A DNA stretch of 62,693 nucleotides, the filler included, from Methanobacteriota archaeon (GTDB taxonomy: Archaea > JACRDV01), in NCBI GenBank assembly GCA_024860865.1. It is 5 parts of 5 records of this genome, joined end to end, with 100 filler letters (N's around TTAATTAATTAA, not from the genome) between each part and the next. Parts side by side here need not be neighbours in the genome. Positions count along the whole stretch, not along the records: positions 1 to 23,713 come from JACRDV010000108.1; positions 23,814 to 33,205 come from JACRDV010000110.1; 3 more parts are not named here. One strand, given 5' to 3'. The notes below the pieces were generated by a model that had not been told where the DNA came from, did no database searches, and saw nothing but the letters and a program-made list of their open reading frames with translations. The position numbers and the translations under genes were made by a program. Below, piece after piece: positions 20,199-30,504 of this stretch; position 1 is the stretch's first letter; every line of letters starts with the position of its first letter.

Positions 20199-21182
20199 GT
20201 GTTAATTTTGCTAGTTACCATCAAAACTCCATCTCGACTCCATATATCACTAATTGATTTGCATGGTAAACTTGGAAGAATTGATGGCGGAATAGGTGTA
20301 GCGTTAGAATTCCCTAGTGTCTCAATAACTGCTGAAAAAGCTAAAAAGTTAATTGTTTCTCAAAACGAATTAAAAGAATCTGCAGAATCTGCTGCTAAAA
20401 AAATGCTGAATTATTTAAACATTAAAGATGGGGTCAAAATCACATTTAATGAGAGCTACTCAATGCATATTGGACTCGGATCTATCACACAAACTTCACT
20501 TGCGGTTGCCCAAGCAATTGCAAAATTATATGGCATTAAACTTTCAGTTCTCGAGCTCGCAAAAATTGTTGAGAGAGGAGGTACTTCTGGCATTGGAGTT
20601 GCTGCATTTGAGGGTGGAAGTTTTATTTTAGACGGTGGACATAAATTTGGAGTTGAAAAGAAAGAGTTCGCCCCATCTGACGCTACACACGGAGTTCCTC
20701 CTCCGCCAGTTATACTAAGGCATAACTTTCCAGATTGGAACATTGTGCTTGCAATTCCAAATGTTGAACGTGGGGCATATGGCCAAAAAGAAGTTAACAT
20801 TTTCAAACAATATTGTCCAATTCCTCTTTCCGAAGTCCAGGCAGTTAGCCATTTAATTCTAATCAAAATGCTACCAGCTTTGGTAGAACGCGATATCAAT
20901 ACCTTTGGTCAATCGATTAACGAAATTCAATCAATTGGATTTAAAAAAATTGAATTAGAGCTTCAACATCCAATTATCAAAAAGTTAATGGAAACTATGA
21001 TTAAAGCTGGAGCATGTGGAGCCGGCATGAGTTCTTTTGGGCCTCTAGTCTATGGTATTGCTGATAAAGATACTACAAGAATACAACAAGCAGCTCAAGA
21101 ATTGCTTGATCGAACAATACATGGAAAAACTCTAATTACTAAAGCCAATAATACTGGTGCTAGGATTTTGATTTGGGATTAA
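20199..21182 (+). CDS. mptG: Beta-ribofuranosylaminobenzene 5'-phosphate synthase (methanopterin pathway, GHMP fold)
   Basis: TPSRLH, RIDGGIG, HIGLGS, RGGTSGIG, GMSSFGP. Confidence 0.9.
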   Translation: MLILLVTIKTPSRLHISLIDLHGKLGRIDGGIGVALEFPSVSITAEKAKKLIVSQNELKESAESAAKKMLNYLNIKDGVKITFNESYSMHIGLGSITQTSLAVAQAIAKLYGIKLSVLELAKIVERGGTSGIGVAAFEGGSFILDGGHKFGVEKKEFAPSDATHGVPPPPVILRHNFPDWNIVLAIPNVERGAYGQKEVNIFKQYCPIPLSEVQAVSHLILIKMLPALVERDINTFGQSINEIQSIGFKKIELELQHPIIKKLMETMIKAGACGAGMSSFGPLVYGIADKDTTRIQQAAQELLDRTIHGKTLITKANNTGARILIWD

Positions 21183-21183
21183 A

Positions 21184-22368
21184 ATGCGAGCATATATTGT
21201 GCCAAGCGCTATTGGTATTTTTGGTTTCAATGAAGACTTAAATTTAATTGATTTTAATTTATTTACAAAGGACCCTATTTTTTTATCAAAGAAAATAAAA
21301 GCTCTGTTTGAAAAAGAGTTAATTGCTGAAGCAAAAGAAATTATTCAAAGGCTGAGTGAACAAAAATTTGAAATTATTTATGAAAGCCTAGAACCTATTG
21401 GAAAAGAAGTTTTTCCGGATTTAGGAAATGCTAGCCCAACACCGGCAGGAAAAGCATTTAGAGCTAACTTTAGAAAATATGCAATTGAAACCGGATTTGC
21501 AACATCTGAAAAAGAATTAGTTGATATTTTACATGCTGCCACGCTTGAATTCGTTAAATCTCAAGTAAAAGTCGCCCTAGCAGAACAAGATAAAATGATA
21601 ATTCAAGCTATTGGAGCAATCGATGAACTCGATAAATCAGCTAATTTATTAGCAAGCCGATTGCGCGAATGGTATGCTATTCATTTTCCAGAATTAGCTC
21701 AAAAAGTTGCTTCTCATGACACTTTTGCAAAACTGATTTTAGATATTGGTCACCGCGAGTATTTTAATGAACAAAAATTATCAAAATTTTTTGAGAGCGC
21801 GTTTTCAAAAGATCTAACTCAAGTTGCAAAAATTTCAATGGGAGCTGAAATAACTGAACTTGATTTAAATACAATCAAACAATTTGCTCAAATTTTGCTC
21901 AGCTTATATGAAACCAGAATGGCTCTTGAGAATTATACTGAGCAAGTTATGGCTAGTGTTGCTCCAAATGTATATGGTTTGTTAGGGGCTACTTTGGGTG
22001 CTAGAGTTATTTCATTAGCTGGTGGGCTCGAAAAATTAGCAAGGCTCCCGGCAAGCACAATTCAAGTTCTTGGCGCTGAAAAAGCATTGTTCAAACATTT
22101 ACGTGGAAAGGCCCCATCCCCAAAGCATGGAATTCTATTCCAGCACTCAGTTATACATAGTTCACCTAAATGGCAGAGGGGGAAAATTGCCAGAGCATTA
22201 GCTGGCAAAATTGCAATTGCAGCTCGAGTAGATGTCTACTCAAAAGGATACTCCGTGGATTCGCTGAGAGCTGATTTTGAAAAGAGAGTTGAAGAAATAA
22301 GTGAAAAGTACGCCACTGCCCTGCCTAAGCCAGTTATAAGAAAACCAGAAAAGAGAAAGAAGAGGTAA
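21184..22368 (+). CDS. nop5: Nop5/Nop56-58 box C/D RNP protein
   Basis: RLREWY, PASTIQVLGAEKALF, PKHG, RGKIAR. Confidence 0.95.
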   Translation: MRAYIVPSAIGIFGFNEDLNLIDFNLFTKDPIFLSKKIKALFEKELIAEAKEIIQRLSEQKFEIIYESLEPIGKEVFPDLGNASPTPAGKAFRANFRKYAIETGFATSEKELVDILHAATLEFVKSQVKVALAEQDKMIIQAIGAIDELDKSANLLASRLREWYAIHFPELAQKVASHDTFAKLILDIGHREYFNEQKLSKFFESAFSKDLTQVAKISMGAEITELDLNTIKQFAQILLSLYETRMALENYTEQVMASVAPNVYGLLGATLGARVISLAGGLEKLARLPASTIQVLGAEKALFKHLRGKAPSPKHGILFQHSVIHSSPKWQRGKIARALAGKIAIAARVDVYSKGYSVDSLRADFEKRVEEISEKYATALPKPVIRKPEKRKKR

Positions 22369-22491
22369 TGATCTAAAATGAATTGATATATACCCAAGCT
22401 TCTTTCAATTTTGCTGGAATTATTACCTTTTCAAGCTGAGGCAAAAACAAAAACATAAAAGCTTCATATAGTAAAGCACTGGAAAAATAAA

Positions 22492-23184
22492 ATGATGACC
22501 AAAATTAAACCTCATGAAAAATTCGAAGGCATCTATTGGGCAATTCTTGAAGATGAAAGCGAACGTTTAGCAACTGTTAATTTAGCTCCAGGCGCTAAAG
22601 TATATGGCGAACGATTAATCTCAGAAGAAGAAGTTGAATATAGAATTTGGGATCCCTTTCGAAGTAAGCTCGCTGCTATCATCTTAAAAGGCGCCCAAAA
22701 CATTCCGATCAAACCGAATTCAAAAATTCTATACTTAGGTGCTGGATCAGGAACCACATGTTCTCATGTCTCTGATATTGTTGGTAAAAACGGAGTTGTA
22801 TATTGCGTGGAATTTGCCCCCAGAGTTGTGAGGGATTTAGTTACTGTTTGTGAACAAAGACCTAACATGATTCCAATTCTTGCTGATGCTACAAATCCAA
22901 ATCAGTACAAATATTTAGTCGAAGAGGTTGATGTTATTTATCAAGATGTGGCACAACCAGTCCAAGCTGGAATTTTAGTTAAGAATGCTGAATTTTTTCT
23001 GCGTAAAAACGGATTCTGCATGTTAATGATTAAAGCTAGGAGCATTGATGTGACAAAAGAGCCAAGCCAAGTCTTTAAAAGCGAAATTTCAACACTTGAA
23101 CAAAAATTCTCAATAATTGAAGTCCGCCACTTAGAACCTTTCGAGAAAGACCATGCAGGAGTTGTTGGAAAATTGACTAAGTGA
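22492..23184 (+). CDS. flpA: Fibrillarin rRNA/tRNA 2'-O-methyltransferase
   Basis: VYGE, WDPFRSKL, YLGAGSGTT, DVAQP, KARSID. Confidence 0.97.
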   Translation: MMTKIKPHEKFEGIYWAILEDESERLATVNLAPGAKVYGERLISEEEVEYRIWDPFRSKLAAIILKGAQNIPIKPNSKILYLGAGSGTTCSHVSDIVGKNGVVYCVEFAPRVVRDLVTVCEQRPNMIPILADATNPNQYKYLVEEVDVIYQDVAQPVQAGILVKNAEFFLRKNGFCMLMIKARSIDVTKEPSQVFKSEISTLEQKFSIIEVRHLEPFEKDHAGVVGKLTK

Positions 23185-23188
23185 TTTT

Positions 23189-23713
23189 ATGAAAATAATT
23201 GCCACCAGCAAAAGAGCAACAACTGTGAAGGCAGCCCTTGAAGAAGCCCAAAGGGAAATTAACCAAAAACTCAGCCAAATTGATGGACGAATTATTAAAA
23301 TGCATGCTGATGCTAGACCTTTAGGCGGTATCGAAATTTCAGTGGTTGTTAATGGAAATGAACCGCACAAAAAGAGAATATTAGGGGTAAATGAAAGCGC
23401 CATTAGCGCAGAGTTATCAATTAAAAAGGCCCAAGACAGAATTAACCAGATGGCATCAGATACTAAGGGCGAAATTGCAGATTTTTTTATAAAAACCATT
23501 ACTGCACCTTTTGGGCGAACTTATACCACAATGGTCCTAGCAGTTAATGAGAGGCTAATAAAGCCACCTAATGACTTAAGCGCTGAAGAACGCAGAGATA
23601 GAATCAAATCTGTTCTTTTAATGTTAAATAATGACCCAAGAGCCTTAAATATATCTCATTTAGCAGAATTATTCAATGTTTCTAGGGATATTATCTATAA
23701 AGACCTGGAAAAA
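23189..23713 (+). CDS. Hypothetical protein with two internal repeats and a C-terminal HTH; truncated at contig end
   Basis: Repeated ...AQxxINQ segments; LNISHLAELFNVSRDIIYKDLE resembles an HTH. Confidence 0.65.
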
Positions 23714-23813
23714 NNNNNNNNNNNNNNNNNNNNNNNNNNNNNNNNNNNNNNNNNNNNTTAATTAATTAANNNNNNNNNNNNNNNNNNNNNNNNNNNNNNN
23801 NNNNNNNNNNNNN
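23714..23813. other. Artificial contig linker
   Basis: N-run, TTAATTAATTAA (stops in all frames), N-run; 100 nt. Confidence 0.97.
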
Positions 23814-24064
23814 CAGCTATTTTCATTGGCGCGATAATTTATGTTTTACTTCTTTTGATCTTTTCCTTGTTCATCCGCTTTGCTAGCTAGCGCTCAAAGG
23901 ATTAAAGAAAAAAATGGATAACGATGTAAGGAAATCCATGAAAAATACATTAAAGATTCAATATAGCCAGTCGGTACCTTCTGAATTAAGTTTTGGACTT
24001 TTTCTAGTCATAGTCTTTGAAAATAACTTTTTTAGCTCTTTAATTTTTTATTTTATAAGATTTT

Positions 24065-24277
24065 TTAACTAATTCTGACCTGATCAAATCTTAATTTTTT
24101 CTTCATAAAACATTCAAAACAAACTTGCTTTTTTTCTTCATTTACTTTTAACTTAAACATTCGACTGCGTTGTTTTGGCTTCCCGCATACAGCACAGTAT
24201 TTCTCCTGCAACAATTCTTCTTGAACAAATCTTATCAAACTTCGGTCATCTGTGAAAAACGGCATACTTTTTTGCAA
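24065..24277 (-). CDS. Small zinc-finger hypothetical protein
   Basis: CAVC...CFEC; GGAG upstream of the TTG start. Confidence 0.6.
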   Translation of the reverse strand: MQKSMPFFTDDRSLIRFVQEELLQEKYCAVCGKPKQRSRMFKLKVNEEKKQVCFECFMKKKLRFDQVRIS

Positions 24278-24411
24278 ATAAATTCTCCAGTAATATTTAG
24301 GCAGTCATCTTTTTATTTTTGTTTTTAAAAAATGCTTTTTATTGGGATTCACACTTTTCTATTTTTTTAGTTCTAAAAGTAAATTAAAAAAAGATGAAGT
24401 TGAGATTGTTG

Positions 24412-26277
24412 TTAGTCTTCTCTTCCTCTATGTTTTCCTTTAGATCCCTTTTCTGCCTTCTCTGTTCTTTCAAAGTTAGGTTTGGATTTCGACTGGCCAT
24501 GCACTAATATGTTCACTATCTTTGTGATTTTCTCGCGAGGCATTTCTAGCGCTGGTTTGTATGAAACTCTAACAGCTAGCGGATAAATTTTGGTTTTCTT
24601 TTGACGTTTAACCAACACATTGAATTTCATAGTTACTGTTTCACCAGGTTGGATTTCTTTAATTTCAAAGGCACGCTGGTATCTCCCATGTTGTGGAATC
24701 GCTGAGGCTGGATTCACTTCAATTAACATGAATTTCCAGCCAGCTTTAACATGTACTCTAATGTTAACATTTCTTGCTGTGACATTGCCAAGATTTTTAA
24801 GAGCAATTACTAACCCAACCGACTCGCCTGCATTGACTTCTGTTTTAGTTGTTGTAATATTCAGCTCGAGTTTAGCTTGACCTTCTATTGCCTGAACAAC
24901 TTCAAATGTAGTAGAAGCTGTTCCGTTGAGGTTGCCCTTAACAGCTTTTATTAGAACGGCATAAGTTCCTAAAGTAGCGTTCTCTGCTAATCTGAACTCT
25001 GCTTCGTACTTGCCATTAGAGCCCGTTTTAAGTGAATCATTGCCTGTGGCCGAAAATATTACGGCGCCAGCGGGATTTTTAACAGTAACTTCAACACTGG
25101 CATTTGCAACCGGTGCTGTGCCGTTAGTTGCTTTGCCCTTTATTTCGACTTCGCTGCCAGGCACATAGGGGCCATTGGCATCAACTGTTACCGCGAATTG
25201 AACTGCAGGCTGTGCGCTAATAACAACTGTACCATCAACATATCTATTGTTAGCTGTATTTGTTTCGCCAGAAACAGCGCTCGCGTTGGCAGAGATAATA
25301 TGTGCCCCAAGTGCAACGCCAGTAGTATTCCAAGTGAATGTTAGATTTTTGCTTGCGCCAGCAACTAGAGAAGTAACTTTTTGTTTTCCAATTAAAGTCG
25401 TGTTGTAATAGCAACTTACATTGAAAGTTTCTGTCACTGTTCCATTGTTCTTAGCTATGACTGATATTGAAATTTTATCTCCAACTGCCGCGCTAGTTTT
25501 AGATAGAGCAACACTAGTTATAGCAACGTCATGAATTAATGAACCAACCAAAATTGTTTTAGTCTTGATGTTATCTCCAGTACTAGTCTCACCAGAAACT
25601 GGTCCGGCTGTTGCTGCAAGAACATGAGTTCCAAGGCTTGCTAAAGTTGTATTCCAATTGAAAGAAACTGTGGTATTAGCATTAGCAGCAAGGGCAATTG
25701 ATTGGTTGCCGATGTTCTTTCCATCAGTTGTATCAGTTAAGATTACTTTAAAGATTTCACCTATAGTACCCTTGTTTTTTATGTTAACATTGACTGAAAC
25801 TAACTCACCCTGAGCGCAAGAGCTAGGTGCTGCGATAGAAGTTACTGCAACATCATGTACAATGGCAATAACGGCGACCGTTGTGGATTTAGAATTATCT
25901 GTTGGATCTGTTTCATTTGCAACTGGACCTGCTATGGCTGTTATTGTGTGGTTTCCAACACTAGTTGCCAAAGATGTGGTCCAACTAAACACTACTGTAG
26001 TATCAGCACCTGCTACTAAGGATACCGATTGGTTACCAATAGTAATATTCTGAGTGTTATCTTTTAAAACTAAATTGAAAGTTTCATTAGCTGTACCGTT
26101 ATTCTTAACTTTAACAGAAATATTAACTGATTCGCTTTGAGTTATTGCAGTTTTAGAGGGTGAAATGGTCGTTACAGCGACATCATGAGCAGAAGTAGCG
26201 GTTGCTGTTGGAATTGTTACAAACACTAACAAGACTATCAATAATCCAGACAATATTCTTTTCATCGCATCAATCAC
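24412..26277 (-). CDS. Secreted cell-surface protein with tandem CARDB/Ig-like domains
   Basis: Signal peptide; three HDVA(V/I)T...KNxG...WxT...GET repeats; many N-x-T sequons. Confidence 0.85.
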   Translation of the reverse strand: MIDAMKRILSGLLIVLLVFVTIPTATATSAHDVAVTTISPSKTAITQSESVNISVKVKNNGTANETFNLVLKDNTQNITIGNQSVSLVAGADTTVVFSWTTSLATSVGNHTITAIAGPVANETDPTDNSKSTTVAVIAIVHDVAVTSIAAPSSCAQGELVSVNVNIKNKGTIGEIFKVILTDTTDGKNIGNQSIALAANANTTVSFNWNTTLASLGTHVLAATAGPVSGETSTGDNIKTKTILVGSLIHDVAITSVALSKTSAAVGDKISISVIAKNNGTVTETFNVSCYYNTTLIGKQKVTSLVAGASKNLTFTWNTTGVALGAHIISANASAVSGETNTANNRYVDGTVVISAQPAVQFAVTVDANGPYVPGSEVEIKGKATNGTAPVANASVEVTVKNPAGAVIFSATGNDSLKTGSNGKYEAEFRLAENATLGTYAVLIKAVKGNLNGTASTTFEVVQAIEGQAKLELNITTTKTEVNAGESVGLVIALKNLGNVTARNVNIRVHVKAGWKFMLIEVNPASAIPQHGRYQRAFEIKEIQPGETVTMKFNVLVKRQKKTKIYPLAVRVSYKPALEMPREKITKIVNILVHGQSKSKPNFERTEKAEKGSKGKHRGRED

Positions 26278-26401
26278 CGAGTTTTAATTAATTGAAACAG
26301 ACTATCTAGTTAGCTTGAAACGATTTGGAACAATTTTAGAGAAAAAAAGGTGGGAAAAGCGTATTTTTGTCCTTTAGATTGGAATTTTAACATATTTTTG
26401 A

Positions 26402-26408
26402 TTTTATA
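26402..26408 (+). promoter_or_regulatory. Putative TATA box for the downstream structured RNA
   Basis: TTTTATA about 25 nt before the first stem at 26431. Confidence 0.35.
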
Positions 26409-26430
26409 CACTGGTACCTGTACTGGTAAG

Positions 26431-26683
26431 AGCTTACAAGTCATTTGTGACTCAGTCCCTAAGCTGCCGCTCCTCCCGCAGTGAAAGTGCAAAGCGAGTC
26501 TGGGAGGAGTAAGGCTTTTTCCCCTGTGCTCCTGTGGAGAAAAGAGGCAGTGAATGGCCGAGTAAAGACACCAACCTCGAAAGCATCCGTAAGCACTGAA
26601 GCGGACCTGCGCCTCCGGCAACGGAGCGAGTTCTTGAAGTGGTGGATGCCCAATGCTTTATTTAGCGTTGGGAGGAAGTCCCC
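26431..26683 (+). ncRNA. Structured non-coding RNA, possibly IS200/IS605 (TnpB omega/reRNA)-derived
   Basis: GC-rich island of consecutive stems with G.U pairs on +, a GCAA tetraloop, and terminal hairpin CCCAATGCT/AGCGTTGGG followed by AGGAAGTC. Confidence 0.55.
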
Positions 26684-26881
26684 AAATTTCAACTCTCAAG
26701 ATGATAGTTATGCTAATTAGTTTGCGAAAAGTTCTTAGAAGTTTTTACCGATATAGTTATTTTCATAGTCTTCATCAATTATCTTTCATATGATGGAAAT
26801 TATTTTAAAAGCTTTTATACTAAGTTCTTTGGTGAATAGAGTAACTAGCTAAAAAAATTTAATTTAGTTCTTCTTGAACAA

Positions 26882-27466
26882 GTGAAAAAATACAAAGGTG
26901 AACAGATGGCCAAAATGTTATTTGATTTTGAGATAGAAGATGCAATCAAAAAAGGGCTAATAAAAATTGAGCCATTTGATGGGGAAAAACAACTGCAACC
27001 AGCCTCGATAGACCTTAAACTAGGTTATCGCATAAGATTTTATAAAACGCTATCTATCCCTTACATTGATGTGAAAAATGCGAACATGGAAGATTACACC
27101 GAAGAATTAGCAGTCCAAGATGGCTTTATCTTACATCCAAATCAAACCATTCTAGCATCTACGCTTGAATGGATCGAACTATCGCCATATATTGCTGGAA
27201 AAATTGATGGCCGAAGTTCGGTGGGCAGATTACAAGTCAGAGTTCAAAATGCTGGCTGGATTGACCCAGCTTTTCGAGGAAATATTACATTGGAACTGAA
27301 GAATGACGGATTAGTCCCAGTGAAACTTTATCCTGGCATGAGAATTTGTCAATTGAGATTATGGCAAAGCGATAAACCTTGTGAGAGACCCTACCGGGGT
27401 AAATATCAAGATTCGAAAGGAACAGTCGGTCCTAGGTTATATCTTGATTTTACTGATTCCGAGTAG
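26882..27466 (+). CDS. dcd: dCTP deaminase
   Basis: QPASIDL, GRSSVGR, AGWIDPAFRGNITLE, PYRGKYQ. Confidence 0.92.
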   Translation: MKKYKGEQMAKMLFDFEIEDAIKKGLIKIEPFDGEKQLQPASIDLKLGYRIRFYKTLSIPYIDVKNANMEDYTEELAVQDGFILHPNQTILASTLEWIELSPYIAGKIDGRSSVGRLQVRVQNAGWIDPAFRGNITLELKNDGLVPVKLYPGMRICQLRLWQSDKPCERPYRGKYQDSKGTVGPRLYLDFTDSE

Positions 27467-27645
27467 GAAATCTAGTAATCCAACTTCCCTCCATCAAAAG
27501 AGCTTAAAAAAGCTATAGCGCGCTTTTTAAGGATAAAGTATATTAGAAGTTAAATCAATGCATTTAGTCCAAATCTAACCAAAGTGAAATAGTAGCAAAA
27601 TACTTTAGATATTAAGATGAAAATTATACTTAAGGAGGCAGAAGA

Positions 27646-28152
27646 ATGGGCGAAAGACCAGGACGTTGCTACAGTGAAGTGCGCGATCGGGCATACACTA
27701 GAAGGGAATTCATGCCAGGCGTTCCAGGGCTCAAGATAGCCCAGTTTGATATGGGTGACCCTTCAGGGTCATTTGATTATAAATTATCGCTAATTGCAAA
27801 AGAAAAATGCCAAATTAGGCATAATGCCATCGAGGCTGCTAGAGTTGCAGCTAATAAATACCTACTTAATAAACTTAAGACTGGATACCATTTAAAGATT
27901 AAAATTTATCCGCATCACATCCTCCGTGAGAACAAAATGGCTACTGGGGCTGGCGCTGATCGAGTTCAAGTTGGTATGAGACTGAGTTTCGGGCGCCCAA
28001 TTGGAACAGCAGCTAGAGTTAAAAGTGGTGATGAGTTAATTACATTACGAGTTAGTAAAGAACATTTGATTTCTGCAAAAGAAGCTTTGCGCAGAGCAGT
28101 TGCAAAGTTTCCAACGCCATGCTCAATTATTGTTGAAGAATTAAAGCATTAG
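27646..28152 (+). CDS. rpl10e: Ribosomal protein L10e (uL16)
   Basis: [36 protein letters not shown]. Confidence 0.97.
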   Translation: MGERPGRCYSEVRDRAYTRREFMPGVPGLKIAQFDMGDPSGSFDYKLSLIAKEKCQIRHNAIEAARVAANKYLLNKLKTGYHLKIKIYPHHILRENKMATGAGADRVQVGMRLSFGRPIGTAARVKSGDELITLRVSKEHLISAKEALRRAVAKFPTPCSIIVEELKH

Positions 28153-28167
28153 CTTGGAGCTATATGT

Positions 28168-30489
28168 ATGGCCTTTGTGGCTTGGTTTGATGAATTGGCT
28201 AAAACGGACGTCAAAATTGCTGGTGGGAAAGGTGCAAATTTAGGTGAACTAACAAAAAGCGGATTTCCTGTTCCACCCGGTTTTGTTGTTATTGCAAGTG
28301 CCTACTCAGAATTTCTAGATAGAACCAATCTGCGAGAAAAAATTTTTAAAATTTTAAAAGAAACAAATGTTGATAATACTAAAGCTCTTTCTGATGCTTC
28401 TGATAAAATACGAAAGATAATTATTGAAGCAAAAATGCCGGATGAAATTCGCAACTCAATTATCGATTCATATAAACAACTCAGCAAAAAACTTAATAAA
28501 AACGAAGAATTTGTTGCAATAAGATCTTCTGCCACTTTCGAAGATTTACCGAGTGCTTCTTTTGCAGGGCAGCAGGAGAGTTACCTCAATATAAAAGGTC
28601 CTGATTATGTTGCCGAGAATGTGCAAAAATGTTGGGCATCACTTTTTACACCAAGAGCAATTTTCTACAGAGAAAAACACAAGTTCGATCACTCCAAGGT
28701 CAACATAGCAGTTGTAGTTCAGAAAATGGTTGAGGCTGAAAAAGCTGGAGTAATATTTACTGTTCACCCTGCAACTGGTGAGCAAGATAAAATTGTAATT
28801 GAAAGCACATGGGGGCTTGGAGAAAGCGTAGTTTCGGGATCTACTACGCCTGACCGTTTTGTCGTTTGGAAAGCTACAAAAGAAGTGGCTGAAAGGGACA
28901 TTTCTAGAAAAGAGGTTATGCGAACTAAAGATCCTAAAACTGGAAAAACTGTTGAAGCAATTGTTCCAAAGGAAAAACAAAAAATTTCAACTCTTTCTGA
29001 ACTTGAAATAAGCAGACTTGCTGAACTTGCTGAAAAAGTTGAGCAGCATTATTCTTTTCCTCAGGATATTGAATGGGCTGTTGAGGGCGGAGAAATTTAT
29101 CTCCTTCAAAGCCGCCCTGTTACCGTGTTATACGAGAAGAAAGAAGTAAAGCCAACAGTTGAACGAAAAGCAATTTTAAGAGGACTTCCAGCAAGCCCTG
29201 GAATCGCAAGTGGACCTGCAAGATTAATTCCAAGCGTTTCTGAAATATCAAAAGTTAAAAGTGGCGATATTTTAGTTACAAAAATGACAGCGCCAGATTG
29301 GGTCAGTGCGATGAGCCGAGCATCTGCAATTGTTACAGAAGATGGAGGAATGACTTGTCATGCCGCAATAGTTGCAAGAGAACTTGGCATTCCCTGTGTG
29401 GTCGGAACAGGTAATGCGATGAGCATAATGAAGGACAGCGCTATATATAGTATTAATGCAAGTGCTGGCGTTGTATATGAAGGGGTAACCGAAGAAGCTA
29501 AACCTAAGATAGAGGTCGCTCCACCTACAGCAGTGCCTATGATTGAAGCCCCAGTAACCGGAACAAAAATTTACATGAATTTAGGTGTACCAGAAAAAAT
29601 TAATGAATATGCTAACTTGCCTTTTGATGGAATTGGATTAATGAGAATTGAATTCATAATTGCTAGTTACATTTATGAACATCCAAATTTGCTCTTAGAA
29701 AAAGCTGATCACCAGAAATACATTGATAAGCTCGCCGAAGGAATTGCAACCGTAGCAAGAAAAATTCAGCCTAGGCCAGTTGTTGTTAGATTTTCAGATT
29801 TTAAGACAAATGAATATCGAGCATTAAAGGGCGGAGAAAAGTACGAGCCAGTAGAAGCCAATCCAATGATAGGTTGGAGGGGCTGTTCAAGATATGTCAG
29901 CGAGAAATTTGAAGGGGCTTTTAGGCTCGAATGCAGAGCAGTCAAAAAGTGCAGAGAGGAATTTGGTCTCACAAATGTATGGGTAATGCTTCCTTTTGTT
30001 CGGACTACTTGGGAAGTTGAGCGTTGCCTTGAAATAATGAAAAATGAAAAGTTGGTCCGAAGCCCTGATTTTAAGGTATGGCTTATGGCTGAGGTTCCTT
30101 CTATTGTATTTATGGCTGATGAATTCTCAAAATTATGTGATGGCTTTAGCATAGGCAGCAATGATTTGACTCAATTGATTTTGGGTGCTGACAGAGATTC
30201 AGAAATACTTGGGAAAATGGGATATTTTGATGAAAGAGATCCGGCAGTTAAAAGAGCGATCAAAAGTTTGATTGAAACTTCTCATAAGCATGGTGTCTCT
30301 ATTTCAATTTGCGGGCAGGGTCCATCTGTGTATCCAGAGTTCACAGAATTCCTTGTCGAATGTGGAATCGATTCTATTTCGATCAACCCAGATGCGATTG
30401 TACAAACAAGAAAGTTAGTAGCTAGCATCGAGACTAAAATTATCATGAGAAGACTGGGTAAACTAAAAGAAAAACTCATTTCTCCCTAG
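28168..30489 (+). CDS. ppsA: Phosphoenolpyruvate synthase
   Basis: GGKGANLGE, RSSAT, GGMTCHAAIVARE, SIGSNDLTQ, ICGQ. Confidence 0.95.
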   Translation: MAFVAWFDELAKTDVKIAGGKGANLGELTKSGFPVPPGFVVIASAYSEFLDRTNLREKIFKILKETNVDNTKALSDASDKIRKIIIEAKMPDEIRNSIIDSYKQLSKKLNKNEEFVAIRSSATFEDLPSASFAGQQESYLNIKGPDYVAENVQKCWASLFTPRAIFYREKHKFDHSKVNIAVVVQKMVEAEKAGVIFTVHPATGEQDKIVIESTWGLGESVVSGSTTPDRFVVWKATKEVAERDISRKEVMRTKDPKTGKTVEAIVPKEKQKISTLSELEISRLAELAEKVEQHYSFPQDIEWAVEGGEIYLLQSRPVTVLYEKKEVKPTVERKAILRGLPASPGIASGPARLIPSVSEISKVKSGDILVTKMTAPDWVSAMSRASAIVTEDGGMTCHAAIVARELGIPCVVGTGNAMSIMKDSAIYSINASAGVVYEGVTEEAKPKIEVAPPTAVPMIEAPVTGTKIYMNLGVPEKINEYANLPFDGIGLMRIEFIIASYIYEHPNLLLEKADHQKYIDKLAEGIATVARKIQPRPVVVRFSDFKTNEYRALKGGEKYEPVEANPMIGWRGCSRYVSEKFEGAFRLECRAVKKCREEFGLTNVWVMLPFVRTTWEVERCLEIMKNEKLVRSPDFKVWLMAEVPSIVFMADEFSKLCDGFSIGSNDLTQLILGADRDSEILGKMGYFDERDPAVKRAIKSLIETSHKHGVSISICGQGPSVYPEFTEFLVECGIDSISINPDAIVQTRKLVASIETKIIMRRLGKLKEKLISP

Positions 30490-30504
30490 TTTTTTCCTGC
30501 TTAT

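Noticed and set aside
22369-22491. Possible C/D sRNA between nop5 and fibrillarin
   Set aside because: One CTGA is present but there is no convincing C box or guide architecture.
26670-26684. GAGGAAGTCCC resembling RNase P RNA conserved region I
   Set aside because: It lies at the 3' end of the structured region and no matching CR-V (ACAGAA..GGCUUA) follows.
26310-26720. Three overlapping ORFs of 77-103 aa, and likewise ORFs at 58413-58821 and 43467-43739
   Set aside because: No motifs or RBS; they arise from GC-rich structured non-coding DNA.
28982-28994. 13-nt match (AAATTTCAACTCT) between ppsA and the 3' flank of the 26431 RNA
   Set aside because: Short and AT-rich; similar partial matches occur elsewhere (near 23084), so chance is likely.
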